From positions 78,849,513-78,913,512 of the forward strand of contig NC_068988.1 of assembly GCF_001194135.2 (NCBI RefSeq): a stretch of 64,000 nucleotides of DNA, given 5' to 3'. Each line of letters begins with the position of its first letter. Within the stretch, counting starts at the first letter, position 1. A model generated the notes under the pieces. The model was not told the DNA's origin. It did not search any database and saw only the letters and a program-made list of their open reading frames with translations. This document shows, piece by piece, positions 24,666 to 38,199 of this stretch. The DNA is from Octopus bimaculoides. Taxonomy: Eukaryota. The translations under genes were made by a program, and so were the position numbers.

Positions 24666-24775
24666 ATAAAATAAGTACCAGTTGAACACTGAGGTCGATG
24701 TAATCGACTTATGCTCTTCCCCGAAATTGCTGGCCTTATATGCCAAAATTTGAAATCATTATTAGCAGATATATA
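24666..24775 (+). mobile_element. 3' half of a family-B SINE
   Basis: ataaaataagtaccagttgaacactgaggtcgatgtaatcgac...ggccttatatgccaaaatttgaaatcattatt. Confidence 0.75.
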
Positions 24776-24786
24776 TATATGTGTGT

Positions 24787-24889
<103 letters not shown>

Positions 24890-26462
24890 TACGATGTTTC
24901 TGGGCACAGTTAGAAGTCCATTACTTAGAAATCACACGTGTACAATCCGACGACAGTATAGCGTATTTTATAGACGCGATATTGATAGAAATCTTATACA
25001 ATATTTACCTTACTGCACATTATAGTTTCTACATAGTCAATGCTCATTTTGCCATCATTTCTTCCTAAATTCTTTTTAAATAAATGATAGACTGGAGAAA
25101 ATATTAAATACATAATATACAAATTAGGTGTGTGCTCCACGAGGTATCGTTATATTATTTCCAACTGATATCTATAATTGTGTACAATATTAGCTAAAGT
25201 CAACAAATCTTCAATTAAAACGGGCCTTTTGCAGTTAGATCTCTTAAATTCTTCCTATATCTCAGAGACGTACTGATGTCTCATTCTTTTATTACTCATT
25301 TTGGGACAAAATTACTACCATTAACATCGAAGTTTTCCTCAGTTGCCTTAAAGAGAATTTAAATTATACATATGTTATTGATTAAATTATGAGTGATCCT
25401 GTTTCTGGTGAATTTGCAACATTGCGATATAATTTTGTTTCCTGGAGGGAGCCGCTCTCGCCTTCTACATCGTCTTGTTCTTATCCAAGACAGGCACATG
25501 ATCTAATGCACTGATGGTTTAAATGATAACCCAAGTTTTAAAAAGTAAACAGTCGTAATCCAGAGACTGTATATAGTGAATAATTTCTTGAAATGTAACA
25601 TATCACACACATACACACACGTTACAGAAGTGTCAGTGTCTGAATTATTGTGTATGCTTGTGTGTGTGTGTGTGTGCGTGTGTATGTGTGTGTGTATGTG
25701 TGTGTGTGTGCGCGCGTGTGTGTTTTCTAGGTATATTATTTGCTTGTATTTACAAACAATTCTATATAGCAAATCTAAACTGTGACACAGAGAAATACAA
25801 GGAAAAACGTCTTAAATATGTTACTCTCTGTCTCACCCTTACTTCTTTCTCTCTCTCTTTCTTTTCCCCTTCTCTCTTTCTTTTCCCCTTCTCTCTCTCT
25901 TCACACATACACAAACACACACTCGCACTCAGACACTCACTCATATACACACAAATACACACACATGCATATATGCATGTATGGGGCTATGAACAAACGC
26001 CGTTCGCTAATATATATAAATGGATCTCTTAATATTGTATAATTAATTATTTTGCTTTTATTCTTTCCCTTCACCTTCCTTTTGTTGTTGGTGTTATTGT
26101 TATGTCTGTCAAATAAAACATTTCAATGAATACAAGTTGTCGACATTCTTGTCCAAGTGACAACAGATTACACTGTATTGTGATGACACACAACAGTACA
26201 ATGCACACAACCTGTCGTCACGTAATTTGCGCCAGCTACACCGGAAGATAATATCTATATCTTTCATTGTTGTCCTCGGTACCCCAAGCTCTACCAGATA
26301 ACTTACACATCTACACAATCATTCGCTCCTCTTTCACACAAATTAATTAATGGGTGTTACAATTTGACATTCATTTATCTTAGATTTTCGATGCCAATGA
26401 AATAATTTGCATTCATTTTGTAACATGCTATTATTAATAACAAGTCATATATACTATTGTGA

Positions 26463-26497
<35 letters not shown>

Positions 26498-26849
26498 NNN
26501 NNNNNNNNNNNNNNNNNNNNNNNNNNNNNNNNNNNNNNNNNNNNNNNNNNNNNNNNNNNNNNNNNNNNNNNNNNNNNNNNNNNNNNNNNNNNNNNNNNNN
26601 NNNNNNNNNNNNNNNNNNNNNNNNNNNNNNNNNNNNNNNNNNNNNNNNNNNNNNNNNNNNNNNNNNNNNNNNNNNNNNNNNNNNNNNNNNNNNNNNNNNN
26701 NNNNNNNNNNNNNNNNNNNNNNNNNNNNNNNNNNNNNNNNNNNNNNNNNNNNNNNNNNNNNNNNNNNNNNNNNNNNNNNNNNNNNNNNNNNNNNNNNNNN
26801 NNNNNNNNNNNNNNNNNNNNNATATATATATATATATATATATATAAAT

Positions 26850-29800
26850 ATCGCCAAGCCAACATGGCAGTTCAAAAAAATTGGACAAATGCTACCGCTG
26901 ATTAGCTCCAAGAGGCCATCGCTCTAGCCCTGCAGCAGGTCCAGCTTCCGTAGGAAAGGCTCAAGAATCAAAACGTACAGATGAGAGGAGAGAGGGCACA
27001 CTTAACGGACCAATCGGAAGAGCTGAATCGGTTCAGAGATGTGGCCATTAATGTTGACTACCGAGCAGATGCCGCTGTGCATTGCAGCGATCCAACCTCT
27101 GAAGACGGGGCCAAAGCCAGCCGCTTTGGGCAAAGCCTCCAGGTATCGATGCTCGACCCTATCGAATGCTTTCGATTAATCTTAATTGATCAGCGCCCCG
27201 CCGAAGCCAGGTTTACACCCTACCCTTTCTATGATGTATCGCACGAGGTGGAGGTTGTCTTGTATGGACGTAGTCGAGATTGCGCAGCTTTGCGCCCTGC
27301 GACCAAGTCCTCGACGACAAGCACCAACCACTTTACTAATACCTTGGCCAAAATCTTAAACTTTGTATTAAGCAGTGTTATGGGCCTGAAATTATCTAAT
27401 GTGTCCCTCTTGTTTTCGTCTTTATTTATCAACGTCATTGCGCTCCGGCTCACTGAACTGGAGATACTCCCGTTCTGCTGCCAGTTGCTGTTAAGCACTT
27501 CGAGGAGATTAGAGAACAAGTCTGGCATATTTACGTAAAGTTCATAGGGCAGTCCATCTAAGCCTGGTGACTTTTGCCACCTGCAACCGACAAGGGGCGT
27601 CCTGAATTTCGGCTGAAGTTATTTGCCCTTTGCAGCGCTCAGCCGTCGAGAGATGCGGCAAGCCGTCGAGGTAGAAACTGATATCCGCCACCGTCTCCGC
27701 TCTACCACTTTCTCCGAACAACCGAGCACTACTTAGTAGTGCCACTACTAATTGTCTCGTCTAGTTTAGCTACTAACTCCTCCTCTTTTCTATTTTTCTA
27801 ACGCTATTTCTTAGCTAAACCCTATCGATATTACTCTAATCTCTCTTTTGAGAGCTGCCGACCACCTGTTGTTGACGACAGCCCCTGTCAAATTCTGCTT
27901 AACTAAATTACTGACCCGGTCCCTGTAAGCCATACGTGTCAGAAACATGTTTAGCTTCCAGTAACCGGGTCCTAGCCTACGCGTCTTATCTATGTTGACT
28001 GTACAGATTACAAACTTATGGTCTGAATAGGCGACCGTTTTAAAAAGTGGACATCCTACACTGTTACTATCTATTTTTCTAGTGAAAATCCTATCTATAT
28101 ACGATCTAGATGACCCTAAATGGTTGGTCCAGGTCCACACTGGTGCATTAGAGAAATCTCGTCGGTACTTGCTGATAAGGTGCTTGAGGCTTTTGCACTC
28201 CCCTCTTCTATCAGCTACTCCCACACAATCCCAACCTTGATATAAAATTCCGTTCCAGTCCCCTACTAACAGTAAAGGGCGAGACGTACCTAGAAAGGCC
28301 TCCAGACGCCTAAAGAAATCTGGCCGTTTGGTTCCGATCGGAACATAGACGGCCACCAGTCTAAAGACACTACCTTCACTTTTGCTCACGACCAGGACCA
28401 CCAACTTTCCGTTCGGGTCCCGAAAGATCGACTTTACTTCGAGATCCAGTTCTTTCCTAAACAGCACTGCCACTCCACCTTCCATTCCCGGCCGACTAAC
28501 AGATGCAGAAATCTGGTAGTTGTCGAACATAGGGGCCAGTACACGTATATTGGAAATCCTGGCTTCACGGACAGCAATTATATTCAGTTGTAGAGACCTG
28601 AGGTTGATGAGCAGGCGTCTCTGCTTCTAGAGTGAACCCAGGCCTCGCACATGTAAAAATCCTACTCTTAGTATGGCCTATGTTGTCAAGCTAAAGTGAG
28701 AAAGCAAAGGTTTACTTATCTCCCGGTGTCTTGTGAAGGTCGGGTGGCTCGACCTCTATAGTTGTTGGGATCTTTTAGGAAACTCCTTTAAGAGTCTTAA
28801 TGAGGGTCTCACGTTCGGGGTTCCTACGTCCTCCGGGAAGGTGATGGTATTGTTGTTTCTGTGTGTGTTGTGAGTGTGCTATCTGCAGTTTTAGATGTCT
28901 GTGTAAGTATCTGTTTGGGTTGTTTGCGTTTGGGGGATTCTGATGATAGCGATTGTGTTGGTTGTGTTTGTGTTAGTATTTGGGGGGGGGGGAAGTCTGC
29001 GTGGGTGGTGTTTGTAGTTTTTATCGTGGGTGTTTTTATGCCTTGTGGAGTTTTTCTTTTGTTGTCACTTTTTTTTCTTTTGTTTTTTGGCCTTTCAGTT
29101 TTCCTTCATCTTCACTCCTGGAAGGTGAAGGGTCTGTAACTGTAAGTACGTTTGTGTCAGTGTGTATGTTTATAATCTTGTTTATGTGTGTATTTTTGTT
29201 TGGTGTGAGGGGGGTGGAAGAGTTTTCCTTGTTTTCCCCCCTAGTGTGGTTAATGTCTTTGGTGTTGTTGCTGGTGGTTTTTCCGGCGCTGGTGATGTTT
29301 GTGGTTCTCGTCCCAGCAAAGGCAGTAGTGGAGGCCGTAGGGGGTAGCGAGCACCCAAATGAGTCGTTTCTCTACACCTGAAACAATTAGGCCTTTTGCC
29401 TTCAGTCATGATATGCATCACCGTCTCGTTCTGGGGACTGATGTGGTCTGGGATTTTTTTAATGTTTTCGGGTCTGATCTGGAGAAGTATCTCTAGGTCA
29501 ACCCCTGACCAGTCCTCCTGGCAGTTCTTGTCGCCTCTATAAGGACAGTATCCGTTACCTCCATGATTACACATCCCAGTAGCCACCAAATATCTAATCC
29601 TGGGAAGATTCTAGGAATGCGGACACGGGCTGTACATTTCCCCATGTGGAAGGCGTAAATGATGACTTTGCTGGTTTTGCAGGGGCTCATTGAATGTTTC
29701 ACAGCGAGGGCTTTTGATTTAAACAGCACCGAAATGGTGCTGTATTGTTTGCCCCTCGCTATGAATTCCATGTCATTTCTTATGCACCTCAGCGCCGCCT

Positions 29801-29990
29801 CAGTATCTACTTGGGCTATCAAAGCCGCTCTTTTCGTGTCTGCAACGTTCTTCTCTCCACTGTCTCAATTGCTTCTGTTGGGATTGTCAGATTTGCCCAA
29901 TTGTTCTCTGCTCCCTATTTGTGAGGTCTACAGTATATCGGTGTTTGGTCTTGGCTGTTACTGCTGCAAAACTATCTTTTATATTTTTAT
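26850..29990 (-). mobile_element. Tx1/L1-like non-LTR retrotransposon: ORF1 + APE + most of RT; multiple stops and frameshifts; 3' end lost at (TA)n/N-gap
   Basis: ORF1 ~29950-28750 with EGKRPNCFRCRETTHLGARY (decayed CCHC). ORF2 from ~28682: LRVGFLHVRGL, GDWN, SYIDRIF, SDHK, GPGYWKLN, NFRPITLLNTKFKILAKVL, SKAFDRVEH, VR*VCPLS. Confidence 0.92.
27811..28682 (-). pseudogene. APE endonuclease domain of the Tx1/L1-like ORF2 (start codon lost, in-frame stop)
   Basis: 239-aa open stretch 27811-28530 with GGVAVLF, LVAVYVP, LVGDWN, WTW, YIDRIF, SDHK. Confidence 0.9.
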
Positions 29991-30300
29991 TTGCATTGTT
30001 TTCGTTGTTGTTTTAGTTGTTGTCACTGTTGCTGCTGCTGCTGCTGTTGTTGTTGTCGTTCTTATCGATGTCGTTGGTATCGGTTTTGTTGTTGTTGCTT
30101 GTCGCCACTTTTGATGTCGTTGTTGTTATTGTTGTTGCTATCGCTGCTGCCACTGCTGTTGCTTTCTTTTTCGTGGCTGTTGCTGCTCTCACTACTACTA
30201 CTACTACTACTATTGCTGCGGCTACTGTCAATGTTGCCGCTGCTGCTGTTGTCATTTCAACCGCTATTAGTGTTTCTGATTCTATTATTGCTACTATGCG
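29990..30300. repeat. Compound trinucleotide array (GTT/GCT/ACT)n
   Basis: Directly visible; explains the poly-V/A/T/L ORFs. Confidence 0.95.
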
Positions 30301-30702
30301 TTGCACTTTGTACCATGTCGATCTTGTTCTTCTCCTCCTCCCCTTCCCCTATTGTGTTGCCCGTGACAGAGGGACGGGGAGAGAAGTCTTCATTTGTTAC
30401 CATATTGGTAGGAGGGTTTGTTTTATTTTTCCTCAACTCTTTCAAGGCGAATTCTGCCATCCTGTTGAGTTGTATTGATTCCATTAAATTTCAACGCCCA
30501 CTGAATTTATTTGGTGGGCCGAAAATCGCCCCTCTAGTGGCTACACAACCATATAAAACCAGTAATAGGTTCCTGGTGCTTCTATTCACAACTTGGAATA
30601 AAATAATTATTGCAAAAAGACACTAAACCTGGTGTAAATAAATCTTTTGAAACGAACTTACTTGGAGCGTTCGAAAATTCGTCCGATGTGTTCCGCAGCA
30701 AA

Positions 30703-30892
30703 TATAATAATAATAATTTCAAATTTTGGCAGAAGGCTAGCAAGTTCGGGGAGTGTAAATCGATTACATCGACTCCGAAAGGATGAAATGCAAAGTCGAC
30801 CTGAGCGGAATTTGAACTCAGAACGTCAAGAAGGGTCTAATGCTGTAAAGTATTTTGCCCGATGTGCTAACGATTCTGCCAACTCAGCTTTT
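30703..30892 (-). mobile_element. Family-B tRNA SINE with (ATT)n tail
   Basis: gtaaatcgattacatcgactccgaaaggatgaaatgcaaagtcgacctgagcggaatttgaactcagaacg...gctaacgattctgccaactc. Confidence 0.85.
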
Positions 30893-30913
30893 TAACAGCA
30901 ACAACGGCAATAG

Positions 30914-31131
30914 TAATAATAATAATCCTTTCAAAGCCTGAAGTTTGGCGGGAGGGGGTAAGTCGATTACATCGACCCCAATGTTTCACTGGTACTTAAT
31001 TTATCGACTCCGAAAGGATGAAAAAATCAAAGTCGACATCGGTAGAATTTGAACTCAGAACATAGACACGGACGAGGTGCCGCTAAGCATTTTGTCCGGC
31101 GTGCTAGCGATTCTGCCAGTTCGTCGCCTTA
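30914..31131 (-). mobile_element. Family-B tRNA SINE, tandem with the 30703 copy
   Basis: aataataatcc...gtcgattacatcgacccc...ggtacttaatttatcgactccgaaaggatg...gctagcgattctgccagttcgtcgcctt. Confidence 0.88.
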
Positions 31132-32740
31132 ACACCAATAACAACAGCAATAAGAAGAATAAGAAACATAATAATTTATATAATTGTTTCATGCAATAGC
31201 TTTTCCTACCAGTGTTCGATATATAATTTGGTGTTTACAAATTATCATTAAGTATAGGCTAAGAAGTTTTCAAATGTCAACATGTTAGTAATTATGCGAT
31301 AAATCGATTCATAGATCGATGATTTTATGATTGTCTGTTTGACTGGTTCCTAGAGATGTTTCTTAAAGCTATACAATTCGATTAACTGAACGACGTGGTA
31401 ACCCTACAAATTGAGTATCAAATTATGTAGCAAAATACCGGTAATAGTTTGTATTTCTTCATTGATATTGGTACAATGTTCATGTCTATGGTACATAATT
31501 TTCACTGTAATTGTTACTTAATCCCAAATTCAGCTATGATCGAGCAAATCTGTAATTAAAGACGTTTCCAGCGTAGCTACTCATATTTATTTTAAGTTAT
31601 TTTTTATAGTAGGATTATATAATGCATCTAGCACGTTTTATAATCCTATCAGGTCTTCCTTTTTTAAGACAGTAGTGTGTGATTTAGAGCAATTCGGAGT
31701 ACTATTTCTCGAAAGTTTAGTGACCTCAGATACTTCCTCTAATCACTGATTCTTTACAGGCTTAACAAGCACCCATAAATCACTAACGTTTAAAGCCACT
31801 CGGAAAATGGAGCACGTGATCTGTGTGATTGTGTGACATCAATAAATAAATAACGAACCGTATCATAAAACAGTTTGAAATCGAAATGAATATTTATCAG
31901 ACGCCTACTGTTTATCATAATGGTTGTCAATGCACACTTCTACATTCGATTCCACTTGAGAGTACATTTAAAAAGATAACCGGAATATTGTTGACGAGTT
32001 AGTTGCATTAACTATGATATCTCAAAATCTGGTAAACAAGCTTGAAAACAATTTGAGTGCAAGTTGACACCATAGTGTTTATTTGTTGATTGGCTTTGCT
32101 TGCTATCTGGAAAGGAAATTAGATGAGATTTGATATCACCTAAATAGATTTTCAACAGATATAATAGCCGTTCTAATAGTTTATTAGTATTTTACATTCT
32201 AAAAGCTTTCAAATGATATGGTTGACACAGTAAGCATCTTTCATTTGTATTGTCTTCTTTATTTTTCATTTTAAAATCTCTTCTGTTTCTCTACTATCCA
32301 CTTACAAAAGCACTGACTACAGTGTGGTGAGAGCAATTCAGAAAAATAACACCACTAAATAAAGACTTGTGAATCAATTGACTTCCTATCAAAAATGTAC
32401 TGAAACTTGTCTTTGAGAAAGAGATAGAGTTTAAAGTGATGGCTGACAACAATCCCATAAAAAGAAGAAAAGTACTGATGTTCTAATGAGAAGACCTAAC
32501 TCGACATCAGTAGCACATCTTATGTTATTTTGGTAGGAAGATAACTGATCAGATTTTCAGCAAAATAGCGATCTGAGTACTGACTAGGCAATTTCCACAA
32601 GGAGAGAGATAGGACTGAACGTAATCGATTAGTATCTTCGTAGAGTTTAGATGTGCTGCTGTTCTTCGAGTAGGGTGGTTGTAAGTAGGATTACATCAAT
32701 GATTCATGAAGCGATCCAAAAGCAACTATTTTTATATATA

Positions 32741-32788
<48 letters not shown>

Positions 32789-32789
32789 C

Positions 32790-33362
32790 CTTCTGAACGG
32801 TGTCAGTTGACGGATTTCAAATGAAGAAGTCCTTGATACAGCAGCCCCTATTAAAACGGAACTCCAGCAGCTAGCTGGATTAAGGACCGCTTCACCTATA
32901 TGCCTGATCCTAACATCCATAAGAGAAAATGCTGCTGTACAGTCCTCCGGTTTGCCCCACATTTCTCACTCAACGTGAAAACCTGCGTGGGAAGGCTCTT
33001 CCTTAGATTAATGGAGAGCGTTTAACAAAGGGCCATAAGTATCAGAAATTATTCGATAGATTTAACTGAAGGGTTTCCTTCAGATGGGCATCTAGTACAA
33101 AAAAAAAATATGAACGCCTCAAAGTTCTAAGCAAAGGTGGGAAGCTCAGTAAGGGTTGATGATTAACTCACTGTTAATCCTAGATCGTCGATGCAATATA
33201 GAGACAGTGGTCCATAAAGTAGAAGTAGGAGGAATACACACAAAGAAATATATTGGAGTAACAGAAAGCTCCATTCAAGACATGCCAAATAATCTTAGAT
33301 TTTTTTTTTTTAGAATGCATGGGAGTTACGATATTATAAAATTATCCACCTATATATGGTAA
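32790..33362 (+). mobile_element. Penelope-like element fragment (RT thumb/linker + GIY-YIG endonuclease), decayed
   Basis: SNEEVLDTAAP, FAPHFSLNVKTCVGRLFLRLM, KGHKYQKLFDRFN*RVSF, CNIETVVHKVEVGGIHTKKYIGVTE, KLSTYIW match the PLE pattern NPPF..NVKTN.G..FL / VVY...YIG.TE / LS.YIW. Confidence 0.8.
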
Positions 33363-33453
33363 TTAATAAAGGAAGGAATGCCGTACAAAATCAAGAGATA
33401 ATTGAGCTGTCCCTTCTTGTTCATTACTACACACATACACACACACGCATACA

Positions 33454-33499
<46 letters not shown>

Positions 33500-33560
33500 C
33501 ACACACACACACACACAAACATACATACATATGTATATATATATACACAATGTATGCGTA

Positions 33561-34470
33561 CAGGGTATCCAAAAAATGCACACCCACTTTAACAGATGAT
33601 GCTTCGCTTAATTTTCACTTCTTTTTTTAGATTTAACCCACTAGAAAGAATGAAAGGAACTAGACTATGCTTTCATCTGAGGACTGTTATTCTAAAGTGG
33701 TACTGGAAATTTGAAAACACAGTCGATGCACGACAGTGTGTTTCAAACACATCCACCAACGCGATTTACTAACACTCGAATGAGTGAGAGGTCAGAAGCA
33801 TGTGGAACTGTGCATGATATGGGAGACCGCACTAAGGACAAGACCCACAAAGCTAGAATGGGTGTTAGAAACGTATTGCCAGAATCCAAGAAAATCTACG
33901 ACAAGAGTTTTAAAAACAAGCGTCGTCCATCACATTTTAAAACATTGTCATTAGAAAAGAATTATTCGAAGAACTACATTTCCTCGATGAAGATGGTCCG
34001 TACCGAAGAGTGGTATTTGCAAGTGATATACCTGGCAAAATATTGCAAGAAGTACAATTTCCAACAAAGATTGTTTAAAGAGACGATGCTACATTTAAAT
34101 TAAATGGTTGAATTAATCGCATTAATTGCTTGCACCCCCTGCATATTGCGCAGAAGCAACATATTAATTTAATAGAGTATGGTGCGGTTTAATTGGATTG
34201 ATTAGACCAGCCTTTTTGGACGGTACTATAACTGCTCCGATTTACTTCAACTCGCTACAACAATCTGTCACGCTGGGATTCAAGTGGAATTTGAAGATGT
34301 CGATTTTAATCACAGCCAGATAGGACACCTCCACACAGCCATCGTTAATGTAAGGGTGCCTACTTTCATGAGATTTTACCAAACGAGTGAAAAGGACGAA
34401 GTGGTTCACTAGAATACTGTCCTCGTTCACCCAGAAATGGTTAGCAAATTATTACTGTGCCTCTAGTTTG
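33561..34470 (+). mobile_element. Mariner-like transposon, left TIR and decayed transposase (spacing suggests DD41D/rosa type)
   Basis: TA|CAGGGTATCCAAAAAATG terminus; [54 protein letters not shown]. Confidence 0.8.
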
Positions 34471-36245
34471 GAAGATGCCAATCAGTTTTGTTTTTTTTGT
34501 TTTTTTCAGTGAAGTGCAGTATTTTTAGGCTTTTATGATAATCAGTAGTTAAATAGACCGGTGCACCTATGATAAAAAGGAGAAAGGTAAATTATAGCCC
34601 ATATATAAAAACTGTATGCATTTCTGTCTGTCTGTCTGTTTGTATGTATGTATGCGTATTATTAGTTGATTTCAAAGGCCTTCTATCACTAGTGAAACTG
34701 ATATTGTTAATGTCCCATTTACATCGTAGTAATTGGACGACAGCAGCAAAGGTGTGCAGGGAGGAAATTCCGAGGGAACAAAGTTTTAAGAAGAAAAAAA
34801 CTACTGTGTTGGTTTATACAGGGTCGGAGAGCTGGACATAATGTGGGTGACCAAAGTAGAGGTCAGTAAGAGGAGAGATGTGGAAAGGAACAGAGGCCAT
34901 TGTAAGTAAGGGTTGGAAAGGCAAAGGGGAGAAAATAAGTTTGTGGATTAAAGTTGGAGTGTGATGGCTAGTCATTGGTCTGGTAGCTTTCTCTCAATGC
35001 ATTGCAGGATTTCTGTGTGTGTGTGTGTGGCTGTCACCCATATCAGAATTGGGATCAACAAACTATTGTAGATCTCACTTGAGTTTTGTAGATGTAAGTA
35101 GTTTCTGTCTCAAAAGAGAAAGACCTATCTTTGCGATAGTGTGGACTATTATTTGAAGAGCATGGATTGGCTCTAGGTTTGTGCTGCTCATGCATAAGGA
35201 GGAGGACGGTTATTATGTTTTCTTGAATTGCTAATTCAAAAGAGGAAAGAGAGTAAGGTGAGGGGAAAGCCAAATCCCGGGATATATACGTTTGTTGATT
35301 ACCCTCTATTTTCGGTTTTCTATAGCAAAACAAGAAATTCATAACTTTCCAAGAAATGGTCGATTTCAAGCAAGAATTGATTTCTACCATGTGTGTGCGT
35401 GTGTATTTTGTATCCATATGCTTACGTACATACATACNNNNNNNNNNNNNNNNNNNNNNNNNNNNNNNNNNNNNNNNNNNNNNNNNNNNNNNNNNNNNNN
35501 NNNNNNNNNNNNNNNNNNNNNNNNNNNNNNNNNNNNNNNNNNNNNNNNNNNNNNNNNNNNNNNNNNNNNNNNNNNNNNNNNNNNNNNNNNNNNNNNNNNN
35601 NNNNNNNNNNNNNNNNNNNNNNNNNNNNNNNNNNNNNNNNNNNNNNNNNNNNNNNNNNNNNNNNNNNNNNNNNNNNNNNNNNNNNNNNNNNNNNNNNNNN
35701 NNNNNNNNNNNNNNNNNNNNNNNNNNNNNNNNNNNNNNNNNNNNNNNNNNNNNNNNNNNNNNNNNNNNNNNNNNNNNNNNNNNNNNNNNNNNNNNNNNNN
35801 NNNNNNNNNNNNNNNNNNNNNNNNNNNNNNNNNNNNNNNNNNNNNNNNNNNNNNNNNNNNNNNNNNNNNNNNNNNNNNNNNNNNNNNNNNNNNNNNNNNN
35901 NNNNNNNNNNNNNNNNNNNNNNNNNNNNNNNNNNNNNNNNNNNNNNNNNNNNNNNNNNNNNNNNNNNNNNNNNNNNNNNNNNNNNNNNNNNNNNNNNNNN
36001 NNNNNNNNNNNNNNNNNNNNNNNNNNNNNNNNNNNNNNNNNNNNNNNNNNNNNNNNNNNNNNNNNNNNNNNNNNNNNNNNNNNNNNNNNNNNNNNNNNNN
36101 NNNNNNNNNNNNNNNNNNNNNNNNNNNNNNNNNNNNNNNNNNNNNNNNNNNNNNNNNNNNNNNNNNNNNNNNNNNNNNNNNNNNNNNNNNNNNNNNNNNN
36201 ATATATGTCTGTATGTATGTATATCTGTGTCTTTACGTGTGTTCA

Positions 36246-36285
<40 letters not shown>

Positions 36286-36510
36286 TGTGTACATGAGTAT
36301 GTGTGTCGGCGTGGGGACTGTAATTGCAAGAGTGTGTCTGCGGCTGAGTCTTGCGTATACATACGTGTGTTATTGTTAAACAATGCTTTGTTCTGCCTCT
36401 CTCCATACCCGATATTTCTTCTACCACCTCTTCCCCGCATGTTCTTCTTCCCTCTCTATCCTCCTTCCTACTTATCACAAACACACAGACACTGACACAC
36501 AGACGTTGAC

Positions 36511-36544
<34 letters not shown>

Positions 36545-36734
36545 GAACAAACACACACGCATATTTACAAACACCTATAGACGCATAGACATTATACAAG
36601 GTGTGCCAGCTTTCCATCTGAATTAGGTCATACTGCCCTGCATGAATATATAACAATAGTGTATGAAATTCTTCTCAACAACCTGTCAGCTACATTTAGG
36701 AGTTACCGATCGATAGAAGCAAACTGAAAGAAAG

Positions 36735-36769
<35 letters not shown>

Positions 36770-37246
36770 GAGAGAATGAGAAAGGAAGAGCAAAAGAAAA
36801 GAGAGAGAGAGAAAGAGGAGTGAGAGAAAGAATCATACACACAGACACAGTAAAGAGCGACAGACAGACACACACACACACGCTCACAAACACACACTTT
36901 GAGTAACATATACAAACGCAGGGACACAGACCATATAGGAGATAAATAGATGTTCGCGTTCACTCAAACAACAGACAAATATATTCTGGCATTCATCTCT
37001 TCTCTGTCTATCTGTCTGTCTGTATGTCTCCCCTCTCTCTGTCTCCCCTCTCTGTCTGTCTGTCTGTCTGTCTCTCTCTGTCACCCCTCACTGCCCTTCC
37101 TCTCTCTCTATCTCTCTCTCTTCTTTCGTCAGCTACTTTTCTCTCAAATACAATCTAATGATTATAGCTGCATACGCTTATATATGTATAAATGCATATA
37201 TAAATGCACACGTACATACACAAATACATATACAGATTCAAATCTG

Positions 37247-37656
37247 GCTGTGTAGTAATAAGGTTGCTTCCTAACGACATGGCTCTGGGTTCAGTCCCAC
37301 TGCGTGGCTCTTTGGGCAAGTGTCTTTTACTACAGCCTCGTGCCGACCAAGGCCTTGTGAGCGGATATGGTAAAAAGAAACTGAAAGAATCCCGTCGTAT
37401 ATATATATGTATATAATGTATTTATATATGTGTGTATGTATCTATGTGTCTGTGATTGTACACCCACCACCGCTTGACAACCGCTATTGATGCGTTTACG
37501 TCCCTGTGAACTAGCAGTCCGTGAAATGTGTCCGATAGAATGAGTACCAGGCTCTAAAGAATAAGTCCTGGGATTGATTTGCTCGACTAAAATCCTTCAA
37601 GACAGTAATCCAGCATGCATGGCCACAGTCAAAAATGACTGAAGCAAGTAAAATAT
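37247..37656 (+). mobile_element. OR2-like CORE SINE, near full length
   Basis: tggctgtgtag (A box), gggttcagtccc (B box), tttgggcaagtgtcttttactacagcctcg, tail atgactgaagcaagtaaa. Confidence 0.88.
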
Positions 37657-37818
37657 AACATAAAGATGTATTTATATACATACTAGACTATCCGTTGGGT
37701 CACCTGGAAAGTCAGAGTTTCTCAGCAACGAAGTTTTGTTCCGGGGTTTTTTTTTCTTTTCCAGGTTATTTCGCATGCTTTCTGCGAATGTGACAGCGAA
37801 ATCCCGCGTAAAGGAAAG

Positions 37819-37933
37819 ATTTGGCTTCTCTTTCTTGCACGCCCTGCTACCATGTAACAGATCCTATTTCGGGTCCTTTATCGCAAATACCTGTTACGTA
37901 GTAGCAGGGCATGCCAGAAATAGCAGCCAAATT
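37819..37933. repeat. Inverted repeat, ~43-bp arms and 30-nt spacer
   Basis: tttcttgcacgccctgctaccatgtaacag versus ctgttacgtagtagcagggcatgccagaaa, extending to atttggct/agccaaat. Confidence 0.8.
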
Positions 37934-38087
37934 TTCGGAGTTGAGATACGTTGAAGGCACTCCAAATACTTTTTGTAATGGTATTCCCTCGGAGCGATCT
38001 TTCGCTTTGACTCTCAGAACTGTCATCCGGCTCAGCTGGTTTTGTTCATTAATTTCTGTAAAATATTTTTTATTTATTTACTTTTGT

Positions 38088-38164
38088 TTTAAAGTGAAAG
38101 AGAGGAGAAAGTGAAAGATGTATGAACGTGTATATGAAATGGACGTGTCTGTGTGTGTGTGTGT

Positions 38165-38199
<35 letters not shown>

